From: Camelus dromedarius
Lineage: Eukaryota
NCBI RefSeq assembly: GCF_036321535.1
Contig: NC_087447.1
Span: forward strand, 43,712,001-43,776,000
DNA: 64,000 nucleotides
Reading direction: 5' to 3'
Part shown: positions 62,222-64,000 of the stretch, piece after piece
Layout: every line of letters starts with the position of its first letter
Position numbering within the stretch: position 1 is the stretch's first letter
The notes under the pieces: model-generated
The model's input: only the letters and a program-made list of their open reading frames with translations
Told to the model about the DNA's origin: nothing
The model's database searches: none
Made by a program: the position numbers and the translations under genes

Positions 62222-63187
62222 GAGCGCAGCAACCGTTTGGATGTGCGGACTTCCCGGGCCCCTGCGATCCTGTCCAAATGAGGTTGGCCTGAGCGCCCCC
62301 AGTTTGGGAGTCACCCTACGGTCTGGGCGCGCTTGAACCCGGCGACCTGGGGTGGAGGGCCCTCTAGTGGTCGGCTCCAATTAGAGGCAAGTGGAGTCCG
62401 TTCTTGTGAACAGATGAGGACAAGCAGCACTACCCTGTGCCCAGCACCGAGGCGGAGTTCAACAGGCCCAAGAAAAGCTTTGGCGAAGTCTGACCACATG
62501 GATTCTAGAACAGTCGCAAGACTGGGCCCGGGGACCTAGTCCAATGCCTTCCCCCAGCAAACGGCCTGAATCCCCTTTGGTTGTACTGCTAGGTTGTTAC
62601 CCTGCCTAGGCCTCCAATAACTGGTTGCTCAGTTCAGCTGATTAAAATCCCTGTGGGCCTCAGATGGCATCAGCACCACGGACTCTGGCATAGTCCCCAG
62701 CTCTAGCAGGAGCCGCTACCACCCTAGCCTCAGTTTTTTCCTATGTTTCTTATAGGCTGGACTCTTGACAAACTCCACAAGACACATCTTTTTTCATATT
62801 ACCCTGGTGGCCCGAAATTACCAGTGTGCCCAGAAGACTTGTACATGAGAACAAAACTTAAGCCACTTTAGCAAATATGAGACTGGTCACTGCAGGAACC
62901 CGGCCAGAGGCAGACCAAGGGCAAAGCCAGCAGAGGAAGGCTGGGGCCCACAAGAGTTGTGTTACAACAGGACACTCTAGTCCTCTTTCACTTCCTTAAA
63001 ATAGCAGCACAGAGGCTTTTGAAGAGGAGGCTGCCACAGTTCACACGAGTTCATGGGTGTTTCCAAATCCCACGTTAACCCCCTAGAGGACCCACAGCCA
63101 CCCCCCTATGCTAGTCTGTTCTTTAGAACTATACAATTACTTTTTTAAAAATCACTTTAACAGAAACGATATAAATGACACCTACTG

Positions 63188-63445
63188 CAAACAAATTTAT
63201 GGTTACCAAAGGGAAAGGAGGGGAGGGATAAATTAGGAGTTTGGGATTAGCAGATACAAACTACTATATATAAAATAGATAAACAACAAGGTTCTACTGT
63301 ATAGCACAGGGGACTAGATTCTATAACTTGTAATAACCTATAATGGAAAAGAATCTGAAAAAGTATATATGTGTAACTGAATCATTTTACTATACACCTG
63401 AAACTAACACAATACTATAAATCAGCTATACTTCACTTTTTTTTT
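63188..63445 (+). mobile_element. L1 3'UTR end fragment (artiodactyl type)
   Basis: ATGGTTACCAAAGGGAAAGG...AAACAACAAGG...GTATAGCACAGGG...ACACCTGAAACTAACACAA...CTATACTTCA, a typical cetartiodactyl L1 3' terminus. Confidence 0.85.
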
Positions 63446-63489
63446 AAATGGTGTATGTAAGTCACTGACTTTCCGGCTTACTCACACGT

Positions 63490-63647
63490 TGGAACCACTT
63501 TGGGAGAGGGGGCTTAAGGAATACAGTACTGTCTGGGCCCACCTCCAGAGGCTCTAATTTAATAGTCTGGGAGTACGACCTGGCATTAGGATTTTTAAAA
63601 GCTCCTCAAGTGGTTCTTAGGTGCAGTCAAGTTTAAAAACCACTGGC
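63490..63647. mobile_element. MER5-like hAT fragment
   Basis: CTGGGCCCACCTCCAGAG...ATTTTTAAAAGCTCCTCAAGTGGTTCT...GTGCAGTCAAGTTTAAAAACCACTG. Confidence 0.6.
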
Positions 63648-64000
63648 CTAGGTCTTAGGAACTTCATTCCTCACTAAAATCCAACAAGAGACCCACCATT
63701 GAAAAATTTATCTAACAGAAACCCAAGAAGTATTCATGGGCCTGCATGTCCAGCCCTGGCTCCCAGGAAACAAAATGGTCCATCAACAGAAGCTTCCTGG
63801 AGAAAATATCTCGACTTAAAAAAGTGATTCTAGCTGCAGGAATTTAAGACACTAGAGTGGGTTGTTAGTGGTAGTGGCAGGTGTGCCCTGCAGAACTGTC
63901 AAATCAAAGCCTATCACAGATGAAAGGCAGACAGCACGTTACCGGCTAGCTCTCTGCACCTCTAACGGTACTGTGTGCAGGACCTTCGCATAGTTCCACT

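Larger units (their letters stand above)
61330..62400. promoter_or_regulatory. CpG-island promoter of PPFIBP2 with multiple GC boxes and an E-box
   Basis: Much higher GC and CpG density than the rest of the window. Repeated CCCGCC(C) Sp/KLF motifs at about 61855-61955. CACGTGAC (USF/TFE-type E-box) at 61678-61685. No TATA box seen. Confidence 0.88.

Noticed and set aside
205..62539. Several hundred six-frame ORFs of 60-218 aa
   Set aside because: Apart from the parts overlapping PPFIBP2 exons 2 and 3, none resembles a protein I recognise. Many use TTG/GTG starts, overlap on both strands, or translate microsatellites and GC-rich sequence.
62500..64000. 3' end of the neighbouring gene OLFML1 expected from human synteny
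   Set aside because: No olfactomedin coding sequence is recognisable. The region is mostly L1/MER5 and unique sequence, so the gene probably lies beyond the window.

Overview
Mammalian genomic DNA, most likely camelid (Camelus/Vicugna/Lama), inferred from the tRNA-Ala(AGC)-derived Vic-1-like SINEs and artiodactyl-type L1 3' ends. The window holds the 5' part of PPFIBP2 (liprin-beta-2) on the minus strand: a CpG-island promoter with non-coding exon 1 (donor after 61515), exon 2 with the start codon (CDS 28128-28191) and exon 3 (15620-15834), together encoding residues 1-93. The gene continues beyond position 1. The most notable feature missing from the ORF track is a candidate alternative first coding exon in intron 3 (3071-3118, MDGDIDVYKHFAWLKR, phase-0 AGG|GTAAGT donor) with an overlapping uORF. 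The rest is intronic: eight young SINEs (seven antisense to the gene), L1/L2/MIR fragments, MaLR/ERVL LTRs, three ERV1-like solo LTRs (one with a 23-bp CCAAT array), a chimeric L1 insertion with a target-site duplication (TSD), and DNA-transposon fossils. I found no prokaryote-type system, and nearly all ORF-track entries look spurious. Repeat family names come from pattern recognition, not a RepeatMasker run, and boundaries of old repeats are approximate.
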